DNA of 39,776 nucleotides, from the NCBI GenBank assembly GCA_046597055.1, contig JBKJLC010000162.1:1-39776 (forward strand), written 5' to 3'. This document shows, one piece after another, positions 26,349 to 35,342 of this stretch; the stretch's first letter is position 1; each line of letters opens with the position of its first letter. The notes under the pieces were generated by a model. That model was not told the DNA's origin, made no database searches, and saw nothing but the letters and a program-made list of their open reading frames with translations. Source of the stretch: Kofleriaceae bacterium (GTDB taxonomy: Bacteria > Myxococcota_A > Polyangia > Haliangiales > Haliangiaceae). Made by a program: the position numbers and the translations under genes.

Positions 26349-27032
26349 ATGGCCGCGGGCGCGACGCTGGTCGCGGTCGACGGCGCGCCGTCGGTGACGC
26401 GCCTGGTCCAGGACCTGCGTCGCGATGTGGTCGAGGTCGCACTGGCGCCATCGACCCTGTTCGACGGCGCCGCCGCTCCCGAGCGTCCGGTGGTCGTGCT
26501 CTGGCTCGGTATCGACGATCCGGGCGACCTGTTCGACCGCGCGGTCGCGTGGGCCGAGCGTTGCGAGCCCCGGCCCGGGCTGATCGCGTGTGCGCCGGGC
26601 CTGGACCGCGACCTCGCCGAGCGCGCGCTCGCGGCCGGGTTCGATGATGTCGTGCTGGGCCCCCCGTCGCCGCCCGAGCTGGCCGCGCGCATCCGGGCGG
26701 TCCACCGCCGGGTCCACTGGGGCGGCCGCGCGCGCGGCGGTCGGATCCGCTTCGGAAGCATGACCCTCGACACCGACGGCCACGAGCTGTGGATGGAGGG
26801 CGAGTCGATCGCGCTGACCTCCACCGAGCTGGCGGTGCTGCGCATCCTGATGCGGGCCCAGGGCCGGGCGCTGACGCGGCTGGAGCTGCTCGATGCCGCC
26901 TGGGGCGCCGCCAACCTCGACATCAGCGAGCGCGCGGTCGACAACGTCATCTTGCGGCTGCGCAAGAAGCTGCCGCGGCCCGACGCGATCCAGACCGTGC
27001 GGGGCGTGGGCTTCCGACTCGCGCCGGGCTGA
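26349..27032 (+). CDS. OmpR/PhoB-family winged-helix regulator with degenerate (pseudo-)receiver domain
   Basis: wHTH: LTSTELAVLRILM, LTRLELLDAAWG, RAVDNVILRLRKKL, IQTVRGVGFRL. Receiver keeps ALAAGFDD..ELAARIRA but lacks the phospho-Asp and the Lys. Start could be GTG 26304. Confidence 0.85.
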   Translation: MAAGATLVAVDGAPSVTRLVQDLRRDVVEVALAPSTLFDGAAAPERPVVVLWLGIDDPGDLFDRAVAWAERCEPRPGLIACAPGLDRDLAERALAAGFDDVVLGPPSPPELAARIRAVHRRVHWGGRARGGRIRFGSMTLDTDGHELWMEGESIALTSTELAVLRILMRAQGRALTRLELLDAAWGAANLDISERAVDNVILRLRKKLPRPDAIQTVRGVGFRLAPG

Positions 27033-27124
27033 GAGCACTTCGTCGCAATCCCGGCACACAACGTTGCCGGGCGGTCACGGTTCGCACGCGAGGTCGCCAC
27101 ATGCCCCTGGCAAGGTCCGGGCAG

Positions 27125-27892
27125 ATGTTCCGCGGCTTCGAGGCACGAACTGAGGTCGACGCGACGCGGCGCTACGCGATCGCGTCGGTGCTCGCCGCGC
27201 TGTTTCTGGCTGGCCTGGCCGGAGCCGCCGTGGCGCTGTCGGATGACGAGGTCACCGAGGCGGCCGAGCCCGACGTGATCGAGGTCAGCTTCGATCAACC
27301 GGAGCCGGCGGCGGCTCCACCCCCGCCGCCCCCGCCGCCGGTCGAGGTCAAGCGAGCTGCGCCGACGCGGCCGACCGTGCGCAGCGATGCGCCGCCGCCG
27401 CCCCCGACCAAGATCGAGCACGTCCCGCTCGCCAAGGGCGACGCCGACGCCTTCGCGCCGACCACCGGCCCCGCCGGTGGCGGTGACCTGACCGCGATGG
27501 ATCTCGGCGGTGGCTCCGGCGGTGGCTTCGGAGGCCCGGCCTCGCCCACCTTGCCGCCGCCGCCGCCCAAGCCGAAGGCCAAGCCGAAGCTCGACAACGG
27601 CCCGATCGCGCTGCCGCCGGACGCGGTCCCGCCCAGGCCCGAGGGCGGCAACGCGTCACCCGACTACCCGTCGGACGCGCGCGCCACCGGCCTCGAGGGC
27701 GAGGTCTTCCTCAAGATCGTCATCGAGGCCGACGGCACGGTCGGCGACATCCAGGTCAAGAAGGGCGACGAGCCGTTCGTCTCGGCCGCGGTCGCCGCGG
27801 TGAAGACCTGGAGGTACTCGCCTGCGCTGGTCGAAGGCAAGCCGACCGCGGTCTATCGCGTCATCAAGGTTCCGTTCCGCCTGAAGAGCTAG
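27125..27892 (+). CDS. tonB: energy transducer TonB
   Basis: N-terminal TM helix, Pro-rich linker, C-terminal PDYPSDARATGLEGEVFLKIVIEADGTV..WRYSPA..VPFRL. Alternative start at 27101. Confidence 0.9.
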   Translation: MFRGFEARTEVDATRRYAIASVLAALFLAGLAGAAVALSDDEVTEAAEPDVIEVSFDQPEPAAAPPPPPPPPVEVKRAAPTRPTVRSDAPPPPPTKIEHVPLAKGDADAFAPTTGPAGGGDLTAMDLGGGSGGGFGGPASPTLPPPPPKPKAKPKLDNGPIALPPDAVPPRPEGGNASPDYPSDARATGLEGEVFLKIVIEADGTVGDIQVKKGDEPFVSAAVAAVKTWRYSPALVEGKPTAVYRVIKVPFRLKS

Positions 27893-27912
27893 TTCCAACC
27901 CGGAGTTCGACC

Positions 27913-28692
27913 ATGTCCACCCATCTCTTCGCCCTTCTCGCCGGGCTCGCGCCCGAGGCGGCGGCTGCTCAGCCGGCCGACAAGAACCAGCTGTCGTTCG
28001 ACATCGTCGGCATCGTGTCGCACATGGGCCCGGCGGCGATCGTCGTCGCCTCGGTGCTCGGGCTGTTCGCGGTCTACACGATCGCGGTCTTCATCGAGCG
28101 CCTCTACGTGTTCGCCAAGGTCCGCAGCGTGGCCACCCGGTTCGGTCCGGTCGCCGCGCGCAACCTCGAGAAGCACGATCACGCGGCCTTGATCACCGCT
28201 GCCAGCGCCGACAAGCACAACTACCTGGGCCAGATGGTCGCGCAGGGCGTGAAGACCTACGACAAGGCGGTCCACGACGCGCCGGCCGAGATCACCCCGA
28301 TCGAGCTGGCTCGCCGCGAGCTGCAGCGCCAGGCCGACGCGGCCAACCAGCGGCTGCGCCGCGGCCTGGGCACGATGGCGTCGGTCGGCTCGACCGCGCC
28401 GTTCGTCGGGCTGCTCGGCACCGTGCTCGGCATCATCGAGGCGTTCGGCAAGATCGGTGGCGACAACGCGGCCGGCATCGGCACGGTCGGCGCCGGCATC
28501 GCCGAGGCGCTGGTGGTGACCGCGTTCGGCCTGATGGTCGCCATCCCGGCCGTGCTCTGCTTCAACTTTCTGACCACCAAGGCCGACGCGATCCTGCTCG
28601 CGCTCGACCAGTCGCGCGGCGAGCTGACCGACTACCTCGAGGCCCGGAGCGGCCGGTCGTCGGTGCGCCGCGAGATCTCCCATGCGGCCTAG
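27913..28692 (+). CDS. exbB: MotA/TolQ/ExbB proton-channel protein
   Basis: ASVGSTAPFVGLLGTVLGII.AF, GIAEALVVTAFGLMVAIPAV. Confidence 0.92.
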   Translation: MSTHLFALLAGLAPEAAAAQPADKNQLSFDIVGIVSHMGPAAIVVASVLGLFAVYTIAVFIERLYVFAKVRSVATRFGPVAARNLEKHDHAALITAASADKHNYLGQMVAQGVKTYDKAVHDAPAEITPIELARRELQRQADAANQRLRRGLGTMASVGSTAPFVGLLGTVLGIIEAFGKIGGDNAAGIGTVGAGIAEALVVTAFGLMVAIPAVLCFNFLTTKADAILLALDQSRGELTDYLEARSGRSSVRREISHAA

Positions 28693-29113
28693 CGGGCCCC
28701 GCCCCGAGCTGAACGTCGCGCCGCTGGTCGACGTCGTGCTGGTGCTGCTGATCATCTTCATGGTCGTCACCCCGCAGATGGAGGCCGGCGCCGCGGTCGA
28801 GTTGCCCGAGGCGGCCAACCTCGACAGCCGCAAGCCGAAGAAGGATCCCTTCATCATCGCGGTCACCAAGGACGGCAAGGTCTTCTTCGAGAAGAGCCCG
28901 CTGGCGTCGACCGACCTGGTCGGCGATCTCGAGCGCCTCAAGGCCACCGACCCGACCCGCGCGCTGCGCATCAAGGGCGACTACCGGGTCCGGTACGGCG
29001 AGGTGCGCACGGTGTTTCGCACCGCCCAGGCGGTGGGGTTCCCTGGCATCGGCATCCAGGTGATCGATCGCAACCTGCCGGCCGCGCCGGCTGGCGCCGG
29101 CGGAGGCAGCTGA
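28682..29113 (+). CDS. exbD: ExbD/TolR protein (copy 1)
   Basis: NVAPLVDVVLVLLIIFMV with the essential Asp; VELPEA; IKGD..VRYGEV. Confidence 0.92.
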   Translation: MRPSGPRPELNVAPLVDVVLVLLIIFMVVTPQMEAGAAVELPEAANLDSRKPKKDPFIIAVTKDGKVFFEKSPLASTDLVGDLERLKATDPTRALRIKGDYRVRYGEVRTVFRTAQAVGFPGIGIQVIDRNLPAAPAGAGGGS

Positions 29114-29114
29114 C

Positions 29115-29570
29115 ATGGGCATGAACCTCGACACCGGCGGCGGCAGCAAGAAGGGCGGCGTGCGTCCGCACATGAACGTCGCCCCGCTGGTCGACGTGGT
29201 GCTGGTGCTCCTCATCATCTTCATGGTCATCACGCCGCTCCTGTCCAAGCAGATGACCGTCAACATTCCGATCAAGCCCGAGGACCGGCCGGCCGAAGCG
29301 CCGCGCCCCGACCTCGAGCCGCAGGTCGTGATGTGGATCGACCGGACCGGCGGGCTCCACGTCAACAGCGAGACGATCGAGCCGGCGCAGCTGGGCGCGC
29401 ACCTGCGCTCGGTGTTCGCGGCCCGCCGCGATCAGACGCTGTTCCTCGACAGCCACGACGACGTCCCGTTCGAGCGGGTCGTGCAGGCGCTCGACCTCGC
29501 CCGCGGATCCGGGCTGACCACGATCGCCGTGCTCACCGAGCCGATCGCCGAGCTCGCGTCAGCGCCCTGA
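29115..29570 (+). CDS. exbD: ExbD/TolR protein (copy 2)
   Basis: NVAPLVDVVLVLLIIFMV; LFLDSHDDVPFERVVQALDLAR. Confidence 0.92.
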   Translation: MGMNLDTGGGSKKGGVRPHMNVAPLVDVVLVLLIIFMVITPLLSKQMTVNIPIKPEDRPAEAPRPDLEPQVVMWIDRTGGLHVNSETIEPAQLGAHLRSVFAARRDQTLFLDSHDDVPFERVVQALDLARGSGLTTIAVLTEPIAELASAP

Positions 29571-29642
29571 ACCCGAACGTCACGCGCGGTTGGCCGCGCT
29601 GCCACGCGCCGCGCTCACGATGCGCGCAAGAAGGACCCCAAG

Positions 29643-32426
29643 ATGTACCGCACACGAACGCTGTGCACGCTCCTCGTCTGCGCGCTCGCCGCGTCCACGG
29701 GATCCGATGCCATCGCCGATGACGTGACCACGCCGCCCGCCGTGGCGCCGGTGGCGAGCGCGGCGCCGGCGCCGAGGCTCACGCCCGGGGTCGCCCGCTG
29801 GCTGAACCCGGATGCGGTGGTGACGCCGCCGGTGGCGGAGGAGGAGATCGACCCCGAGCTCGCCGATGCGGTCGAGGAGGGGGCAGCGGAGGGCGAGGCC
29901 GAGCCCAAGGCCGAGCCCAAGGCCGAGCCCAAGGCCGAGCCCAAGCCGGAGGCGGGCACCGGCAGCGGCAGCGGCGGCGGCGACGATGGCCGCGACGCGG
30001 ACGTCGTCGACATCGAGCCCGATGTGATCGAGGAGGTCGTGGTCGAGGCCCGGGTCGAGAAGCGCAACGAGGCCGCGGTGTTGCAGGTCCGCAAGAAGGC
30101 CGTGACCGTGTCCGACGTGCTGTCGGCCCAGGAGATCTCGAAGACGCCCGACGCGAGCGCGGGCGACGCGGTCAAGCGGGTGGTGTCGGTCACGATCGTC
30201 GACGGCAAGTACGTCGTGCTGCGCGGCCTCGAGGGCCGCTACGTACAGACCCTGCTCAACGGCGTGGTCCTGCCCAGCCCCGAGCCCGACCGCAACGCGG
30301 TGCCGCTCGATCTGTTTCCGACCGCGCTCCTGTCGAACCTCACCGTCATCAAGAGCTACTCGGCCGAGCTGCCCGGTCAGTTCGGCGGCGGCGAGCTGCT
30401 GATCGAGACCAACTCCTACCCGGAGCAGTTCGAGCTGAAGGTCGGGGCGTCGACCTCGGCCAACACCGACAGCACCTTCCAGGCTGGCCTGGCCGCGCCG
30501 GGCGGGTCGGCCACCGGCAACTTCTTCGGCTTCGACGACGGCAGCCGCGATCTCCCCGATCCGGTCCCGCTCAACGCGCCCGTGCGCAACCTGCCCAACG
30601 ATCTCACCGAGCAGATCGGCGAGTCGTTCCCCAACTTCTGGGTGCCCCGCGACGACGCCAGCGTGCAGCCCAACCTGTCGCTCGGCGCGACCGTGGGCGA
30701 CACCCGTCGGCTCGACGGCGGTCGCAAGCTCGGCTACCTGGCGACCGCCTCGCTGCGCAAGAGCGCCGGCGGCCGCACCTCGGTGGTCCGGACCTCGGGC
30801 GGCACGCCCGAGCTGCCGGTCGCCCAGGACGACCTGGTCCAGGGCGCGACCGACCTGGAGACCACGATCGGCAGCCTCGCCAACGTCGGCCTCGAGCTGA
30901 GCCCCAAGCACACCCTCAACCTGTTCGGCCTCTACACGCACGTCGGTGAGGACACCGCGAGCTACACGACCGGCCTGGCCAGCCAGGATCGGACCCGGGT
31001 CGATCGCTGGCGGCTCAGCTTCGTCGAGCGGCAGCTGGCGTTCGGTCAGCTCACCGGCACCCACCGGTTGGCGCCGTCGCTGGCGGTGAAGTGGCAGGCC
31101 AACGCGGCGACCACCAGCCGCGACGAGCTCGACAGCCGCGACGTCGGCTACACGTACGGCGACTCCGCGACCGAGTCGAGCTACATCGACCAACCCGGCA
31201 GCGGCCAGCGCTACTTCTCGTTCCTCGACGACAGCTCGTACGGCGGCAGCGCCGACGCGACCTGGGAGTCGTCGCGGCTGACCGTGCGCGCCGGCGGGTT
31301 CGCCGCACAGTCGACCCGCAACCTCGAGTCGCGCCGGTTCCGCTTCCACGTCCAGCGCAGCGGCGACCAGGGCGTGCTGCGGCAGGCGCCCGAGCTGCTG
31401 TTCACGGCGGCGAACATCGGCCCCAACGTCTACGTCCAGGAGGACACCCTCCAGGAGGACTCGTACGAGGCGGGCCTGACCATCACCGGCGGCCATGCCT
31501 CGGCCGAGGTCGCGGCCAGCGAGCGCCTGCGCCTGATCGGCGGCGTGCGGTTCGAGCACGCGCGGCAGACCATGAGGAACGGCAGCCCGTACGCGGTCGC
31601 CGGCACCGTCAACGACGTGTGGCGGAGCAACGACGACGTGTTCCCGGCGGCCAACGTCGTGTACGCGCTGTCGCCGGCGATGAACCTGCGCGGCGCCTAC
31701 AGCTACACGCTGGTCCGCCCGCGCTTCCGCGAGGCGGCTCCGTTCCTGTTCTTCGACTACGTGCGCAACCGGTCGATCACGGGCGACGTCACGCTGGTCG
31801 ACACCCACATCCACCACGCCGACCTGCGCTGGGAGTGGTTCGGCGAGGCCGAGGTGCTGGCCGCCTCGGCGTTCTACAAGGACTTCCAGGATCCGATCGA
31901 GCTGGTCATCCTCAACACCGGCAACGACGCGCAGTACCAGAACACCGCGGGCGCGACCATGGTCGGCGTCGAGCTCGAGGGCCGGGTCGGGCTCGGGCGC
32001 TGGGCGCGGGCGCTGCGCGACCTGAAGGTCGGCGCCAACGTCGCGCTGATCCGGTCCGAGATCGACCTCGGCGACCGGCGCGGGCAGGCCACCAACGCCA
32101 CCCGTCCGCTCTACGGACAGTCGCCCTACGTCATCAACGTCACCGCCGGCTACGCCCACCCGCGCCGGGGCGAGCTCACCTTCCTCTACAACGCGATCGG
32201 CGCCCGCATCAGCGACGTCGGCATCAGCGGCTACCAGGACATCTACGAGGAGCGGTTCCACCGGGTCGACCTGGTCGCCTCGCGCCCGCTCGGCAACGAC
32301 CTGAAGCTCAAGGCCAGCGTGACCAACCTGCTGAACCAGGAGGTCGAGCTGAGCCAGGCCGACCTGGTCGTGTCCGGGTACCAGCCCGGCGTCCAGTTTT
32401 CCCTCGGGCTCGACTGGAGCCCGTGA
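29643..32426 (+). CDS. TonB-dependent outer-membrane receptor with acidic N-terminal extension
   Basis: Signal peptide, TonB-box-like EEVVVEA, plug motifs ([55 protein letters not shown]), beta-barrel C-terminus with [12 protein letters not shown]. Confidence 0.93.
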   Translation: MYRTRTLCTLLVCALAASTGSDAIADDVTTPPAVAPVASAAPAPRLTPGVARWLNPDAVVTPPVAEEEIDPELADAVEEGAAEGEAEPKAEPKAEPKAEPKPEAGTGSGSGGGDDGRDADVVDIEPDVIEEVVVEARVEKRNEAAVLQVRKKAVTVSDVLSAQEISKTPDASAGDAVKRVVSVTIVDGKYVVLRGLEGRYVQTLLNGVVLPSPEPDRNAVPLDLFPTALLSNLTVIKSYSAELPGQFGGGELLIETNSYPEQFELKVGASTSANTDSTFQAGLAAPGGSATGNFFGFDDGSRDLPDPVPLNAPVRNLPNDLTEQIGESFPNFWVPRDDASVQPNLSLGATVGDTRRLDGGRKLGYLATASLRKSAGGRTSVVRTSGGTPELPVAQDDLVQGATDLETTIGSLANVGLELSPKHTLNLFGLYTHVGEDTASYTTGLASQDRTRVDRWRLSFVERQLAFGQLTGTHRLAPSLAVKWQANAATTSRDELDSRDVGYTYGDSATESSYIDQPGSGQRYFSFLDDSSYGGSADATWESSRLTVRAGGFAAQSTRNLESRRFRFHVQRSGDQGVLRQAPELLFTAANIGPNVYVQEDTLQEDSYEAGLTITGGHASAEVAASERLRLIGGVRFEHARQTMRNGSPYAVAGTVNDVWRSNDDVFPAANVVYALSPAMNLRGAYSYTLVRPRFREAAPFLFFDYVRNRSITGDVTLVDTHIHHADLRWEWFGEAEVLAASAFYKDFQDPIELVILNTGNDAQYQNTAGATMVGVELEGRVGLGRWARALRDLKVGANVALIRSEIDLGDRRGQATNATRPLYGQSPYVINVTAGYAHPRRGELTFLYNAIGARISDVGISGYQDIYEERFHRVDLVASRPLGNDLKLKASVTNLLNQEVELSQADLVVSGYQPGVQFSLGLDWSP
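29898..29945 (+). repeat. 12-bp perfect tandem repeat GCCGAGCCCAAG x4 (AEPK x4) in the receptor N-terminal linker
   Basis: Four exact in-frame copies. Confidence 0.92.
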
Positions 32427-32471
32427 TGTTTGCGGACTCCGTCGCCTGTACGTGCACGAAAGGATTTCCCG

Positions 32472-33872
32472 ATGAAGACCTCCGCTAGCCTCCTCTCGAT
32501 GGTGCTGCTCTCGGCCGCCGCTGCGTGCGGTAGCGACGGCGGCAGCAACCTCCCGGTCGACGGCGCCCTGCCGATCGACGCCGCGGTCATCCCGAACCCC
32601 GACGGCAACGTCGGCGGGCCGGTCGACGTGCCCGCCAGCGAGATCACCGCCAACACCACCTGGACGTCGAACAACGTCTACACGCTGAAGGGGCTCGTGT
32701 TCGTCCGCGGCGCGACGCTGACGATCCAGCCTGGCACGGTCATCAAGGGCGACGTCGGCAGCGCGCTGGTGATCACCAGCGACGCCAAGATCGAAGCGCA
32801 GGGCACCGCGGCCAGCCCCATCGTCTTCACCAGCTCGAAGGCGACGCTCACGATGCCCGAGCCGGCCGCGCCGGCGGGCCCGGCGCCGTCGGACTGGGGT
32901 GGCGTGGTGCTGCTCGGCAAGGCGCCGATCAACCACGGCGAGCCGTCGGGCGCCAACCTGGGAACCACGGTCGCCGAGGGCTTCACGCCCGGCTCGGCCG
33001 ACGAGGCCAAGACCCGCTATGGCGGCGCCGACGCCGCCCACGATTGCGGCACCCTCCGCTACGTCCGCATCGAGTACGCCGGGTTCCAGCAGGCGATGGC
33101 CAAGGAGCTCAACGCGCTGACGGTCAACGCGTGCGGCTCCGGGACCGAGCTCGACTACATCCAGACCCACCTCGGGTCGGACGACGGCGTCGAGTTCTTC
33201 GGCGGCTCCGCCAGCATCAAGCACCTGGTGGTCTCGCAGGCCGACGACGACAGCATGGACTGGGAGTACGGCTGGAGCGGCACCGCGCAGTTCGTCGTGC
33301 TGCAGCGCAATGACCGCAACACCTCGGCCGAGCGCGGCATCGAGGCCGACAACCACACGACCTCGGCCGACGCCGCGCCGCGCTCGGTTCCGACGATCTG
33401 GAACCTGACGATGGTGGGCCAGCCGGTCCAGGCCGACGCCACCGGCAGCAAGGGCATCAGCTTCCGGACCAAGACCGGCGCCCACGTCCACAACGCGATC
33501 GTCATGGACTACAAGGGCGGCGCCATCGACATGGACAGCGCCACGCTGACCGCGAGCCAGACCGGCACCGCGCACTGGCCGACGCTGCTGTCGGTCGACC
33601 ACACGTACCTCTTCAACAGCACCAACACCCAGGCGGTCCCCAACGCCGGCGTGTTCGCGCTGCTCAACGACAGCGCGCGCAACAACCGCTTGAACACCAA
33701 CCCGATGCTGACCGCGCCGGGCAACCTGGCCGCGCCCAGCTTCAAGCCGGTCGCCAGCTCGCCGGTGCTCACCGGCTGCGGCACGCCGCCGGCCGGATTC
33801 GACGCCGCCGCGACGTTCTGCGGCGCGATCGGCGGGACCGACTGGACCCTGGGCTGGACCCGCTACCCCTGA
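32472..33872 (+). CDS. uncharacterised lipoprotein, probable beta-helix fold, partner of the TonB-dependent receptor
   Basis: AAGGA RBS; lipobox AAAC; LTIQPGTVIKG, PIVFTS, DWGGVVLLGKAPIN, GTLRYVRIEYAG, DDGVEFFGG, DDSMDW, GIEADN. 466 aa. Confidence 0.85.
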   Translation: MKTSASLLSMVLLSAAAACGSDGGSNLPVDGALPIDAAVIPNPDGNVGGPVDVPASEITANTTWTSNNVYTLKGLVFVRGATLTIQPGTVIKGDVGSALVITSDAKIEAQGTAASPIVFTSSKATLTMPEPAAPAGPAPSDWGGVVLLGKAPINHGEPSGANLGTTVAEGFTPGSADEAKTRYGGADAAHDCGTLRYVRIEYAGFQQAMAKELNALTVNACGSGTELDYIQTHLGSDDGVEFFGGSASIKHLVVSQADDDSMDWEYGWSGTAQFVVLQRNDRNTSAERGIEADNHTTSADAAPRSVPTIWNLTMVGQPVQADATGSKGISFRTKTGAHVHNAIVMDYKGGAIDMDSATLTASQTGTAHWPTLLSVDHTYLFNSTNTQAVPNAGVFALLNDSARNNRLNTNPMLTAPGNLAAPSFKPVASSPVLTGCGTPPAGFDAAATFCGAIGGTDWTLGWTRYP

Positions 33873-34282
33873 TCGCTGATCAGAGCGTCTGGGTCCCGAG
33901 CGGCGGGGTTCAGCCGGCTGCGGCTGGTCTCGGCGCGCCCGTGGCAAGCATGCGCGATGCGCTGCAGGATCTGCGGCACGGGCGCCGGCTTGCGGTAGGC
34001 CGTGACGTCGGGCCAGCCCGGCGCCGCATCGTCGCTGGTCAGCAAGATGACCGGGACCACCGCGAGGTCCGAGATCGCGGCGCGGGCGGCGAAGAAGTCG
34101 TTCAGGCGGGAGGCCGCGGCGTCGATGATCACGAGGGCAGGGCAGGTGCCGGCGCGGATGATCAGGCGCAGTCCTTCCCACGCATCAGGCGCGAGGCGGG
34201 TGCGGTAGCCGTGCCGCGAGCGCACGGGGGCCAGCTCGGCCATCGCCGAGTCGTCGGTCACGAGCAGGATGCGCCACGGCAT
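33863..34282 (-). CDS. single-domain response regulator receiver (CheY-like), divergent
   Basis: RILLVTDD, PALVIID (phospho-Asp), PVILLTS, RKP; convergent, overlapping the lipoprotein gene end by 10 bp. Confidence 0.7.
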   Translation of the reverse strand: MPWRILLVTDDSAMAELAPVRSRHGYRTRLAPDAWEGLRLIIRAGTCPALVIIDAAASRLNDFFAARAAISDLAVVPVILLTSDDAAPGWPDVTAYRKPAPVPQILQRIAHACHGRAETSRSRLNPAARDPDALISDQG

Positions 34283-34294
34283 GTTCGCGGGTAG

Positions 34295-34310
34295 AGCAAG
34301 TCCCGCGCCG
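34295..34310 (-). promoter_or_regulatory. candidate sigma54 promoter of the receiver-domain gene
   Basis: Minus strand CGGCGCGGGACTTGCT = GGC-N7-TTGCT; 13 nt from TTGC to the ATG. Confidence 0.5.
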
Positions 34311-34354
34311 GCGCGCGCCACGCACGGTCCCGTGCTGCGCCGCGCGCTCGCGGG

Positions 34355-35206
34355 TCAGCGGCGCTTGCCCGGCGCGGACTTCTTGCCAGCGCCCGCCGGC
34401 TTCGTTGCAGCGATCTTTGCAGGCGACTTCCTGGGTGCGGCCGGCTTGCCGGCCGCCTTGGTCGCGGCGGTCTTCCTGGCGTCGGCCTTGCTGGGTGCGG
34501 GCCTGGCGACTGGCTTCTTGCCGGTGGCCTTGGCGGGCGCAGGCTTGGCGGGGGCGCGCTTGGCGGGCGCGGGCCTGGCGACTGGCTTCTTGCCGGTGGC
34601 CTTGGCGGGCGCGGCCTTGGCAGGCGCGGGCCTGGCGGGCGCGGGCCTGGCGGGCGCGAGCTTGGCGGGCGGCGCGGACGTGCGCTCACCGCGCGCCGCC
34701 GCCATCGCCGCGGCCGCGAGCTCCGACGGGGTGGACGCACCGCTCAGCGCGCGGACCGCGGCGATCACCTGCTCGGCGTGACCGTTGGCGGACACCTTGG
34801 GCCAGTGCCGGACCACGGTCCCGTCCTTGTCGATGATCACGGTCGAGCGGATCAGGCCCATCATCTTCTTCCCGTACATCGACTTCTCGCCCCAGGCGCC
34901 GTAGGCCTCGAGCACCGTGCCGTCGGCGTCGGTCAGCAGCGGGAACGTGAGCTGGAACTTGTCGCGGAACTTGCCGTGCGACGCGAGCGAGTCCTTGCTG
35001 ACGCCGATCACGGTGGCGCCGAGCCCGCGCAGCTCGGGCAGGGCGTCGCGGAAGTCCTGCGCCTGGACCGTGCAGCCGGGCGTGTTGTCTTTCGGATAGA
35101 AGTAGAGGACGACGATCGTGCCGCGCAGATCGGCGAGCGAGAGGTTGCCGCCCTGGGAAGAGGGGAGCGTGAACGCGGGGGCAGGCTGGCCGGTACTCGG
35201 GGGCAT
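34355..35206 (-). CDS. bcp: peroxiredoxin Bcp/PrxQ with histone-H1-like Lys/Ala/Pro C-terminal tail
   Basis: APAFTL, VVLYFYPKDNTPGCT, GVSKDS, FPLLTD, RSTVIID; tail of PAK/PAR/GKK repeats. Confidence 0.92.
   Translation of the reverse strand: MPPSTGQPAPAFTLPSSQGGNLSLADLRGTIVVLYFYPKDNTPGCTVQAQDFRDALPELRGLGATVIGVSKDSLASHGKFRDKFQLTFPLLTDADGTVLEAYGAWGEKSMYGKKMMGLIRSTVIIDKDGTVVRHWPKVSANGHAEQVIAAVRALSGASTPSELAAAAMAAARGERTSAPPAKLAPARPAPARPAPAKAAPAKATGKKPVARPAPAKRAPAKPAPAKATGKKPVARPAPSKADARKTAATKAAGKPAAPRKSPAKIAATKPAGAGKKSAPGKRR
34497..34612 (-). repeat. 44-bp exact direct repeat with 72-bp period in the Bcp tail
   Basis: GCGGGCCTGGCGACTGGCTTCTTGCCGGTGGCCTTGGCGGGCGC at 34497-34540 and 34569-34612 (APAKATGKKPVARPA). 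Confidence 0.88.
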
Positions 35207-35342
35207 CGTCCCCACGCTACTGCCTGACGTGGCTTCGTCGCAACGGCGTGACGTGGACGGAGATGAAGAGTTTCACGCCGGTCTCAGTTCGGTCACGCGT
35301 GCCGGCGAAGGTGTCCGCGCCTACCAGGCGAGGAGCACCACC

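Noticed and set aside
27050..27071. GGCAC...TTGC upstream of tonB as a sigma54 promoter
   Set aside because: The spacer is one base too long (N6), which sigma54 does not tolerate; it reads better as a 7-bp inverted repeat (CCCGGCA/TGCCGGG).
27913..29570. TolQ/TolR/TolR triplet as the AglRQS gliding motor or Tol-Pal
   Set aside because: Flanked by tonB and a TonB-dependent receptor, with no tolB, pal or glt genes; an uptake role is more parsimonious.
29580..34181. 1533-aa minus-strand ORF and other long antisense or alternate-frame ORFs (e.g. 2834-5170, 11408-13720, 15586-17727, 16116-18623, 35349-37754)
   Set aside because: They shadow well-supported genes, are Arg/Gly/Ala/Pro-rich without motifs, and are expected from stop-codon scarcity at this GC content.
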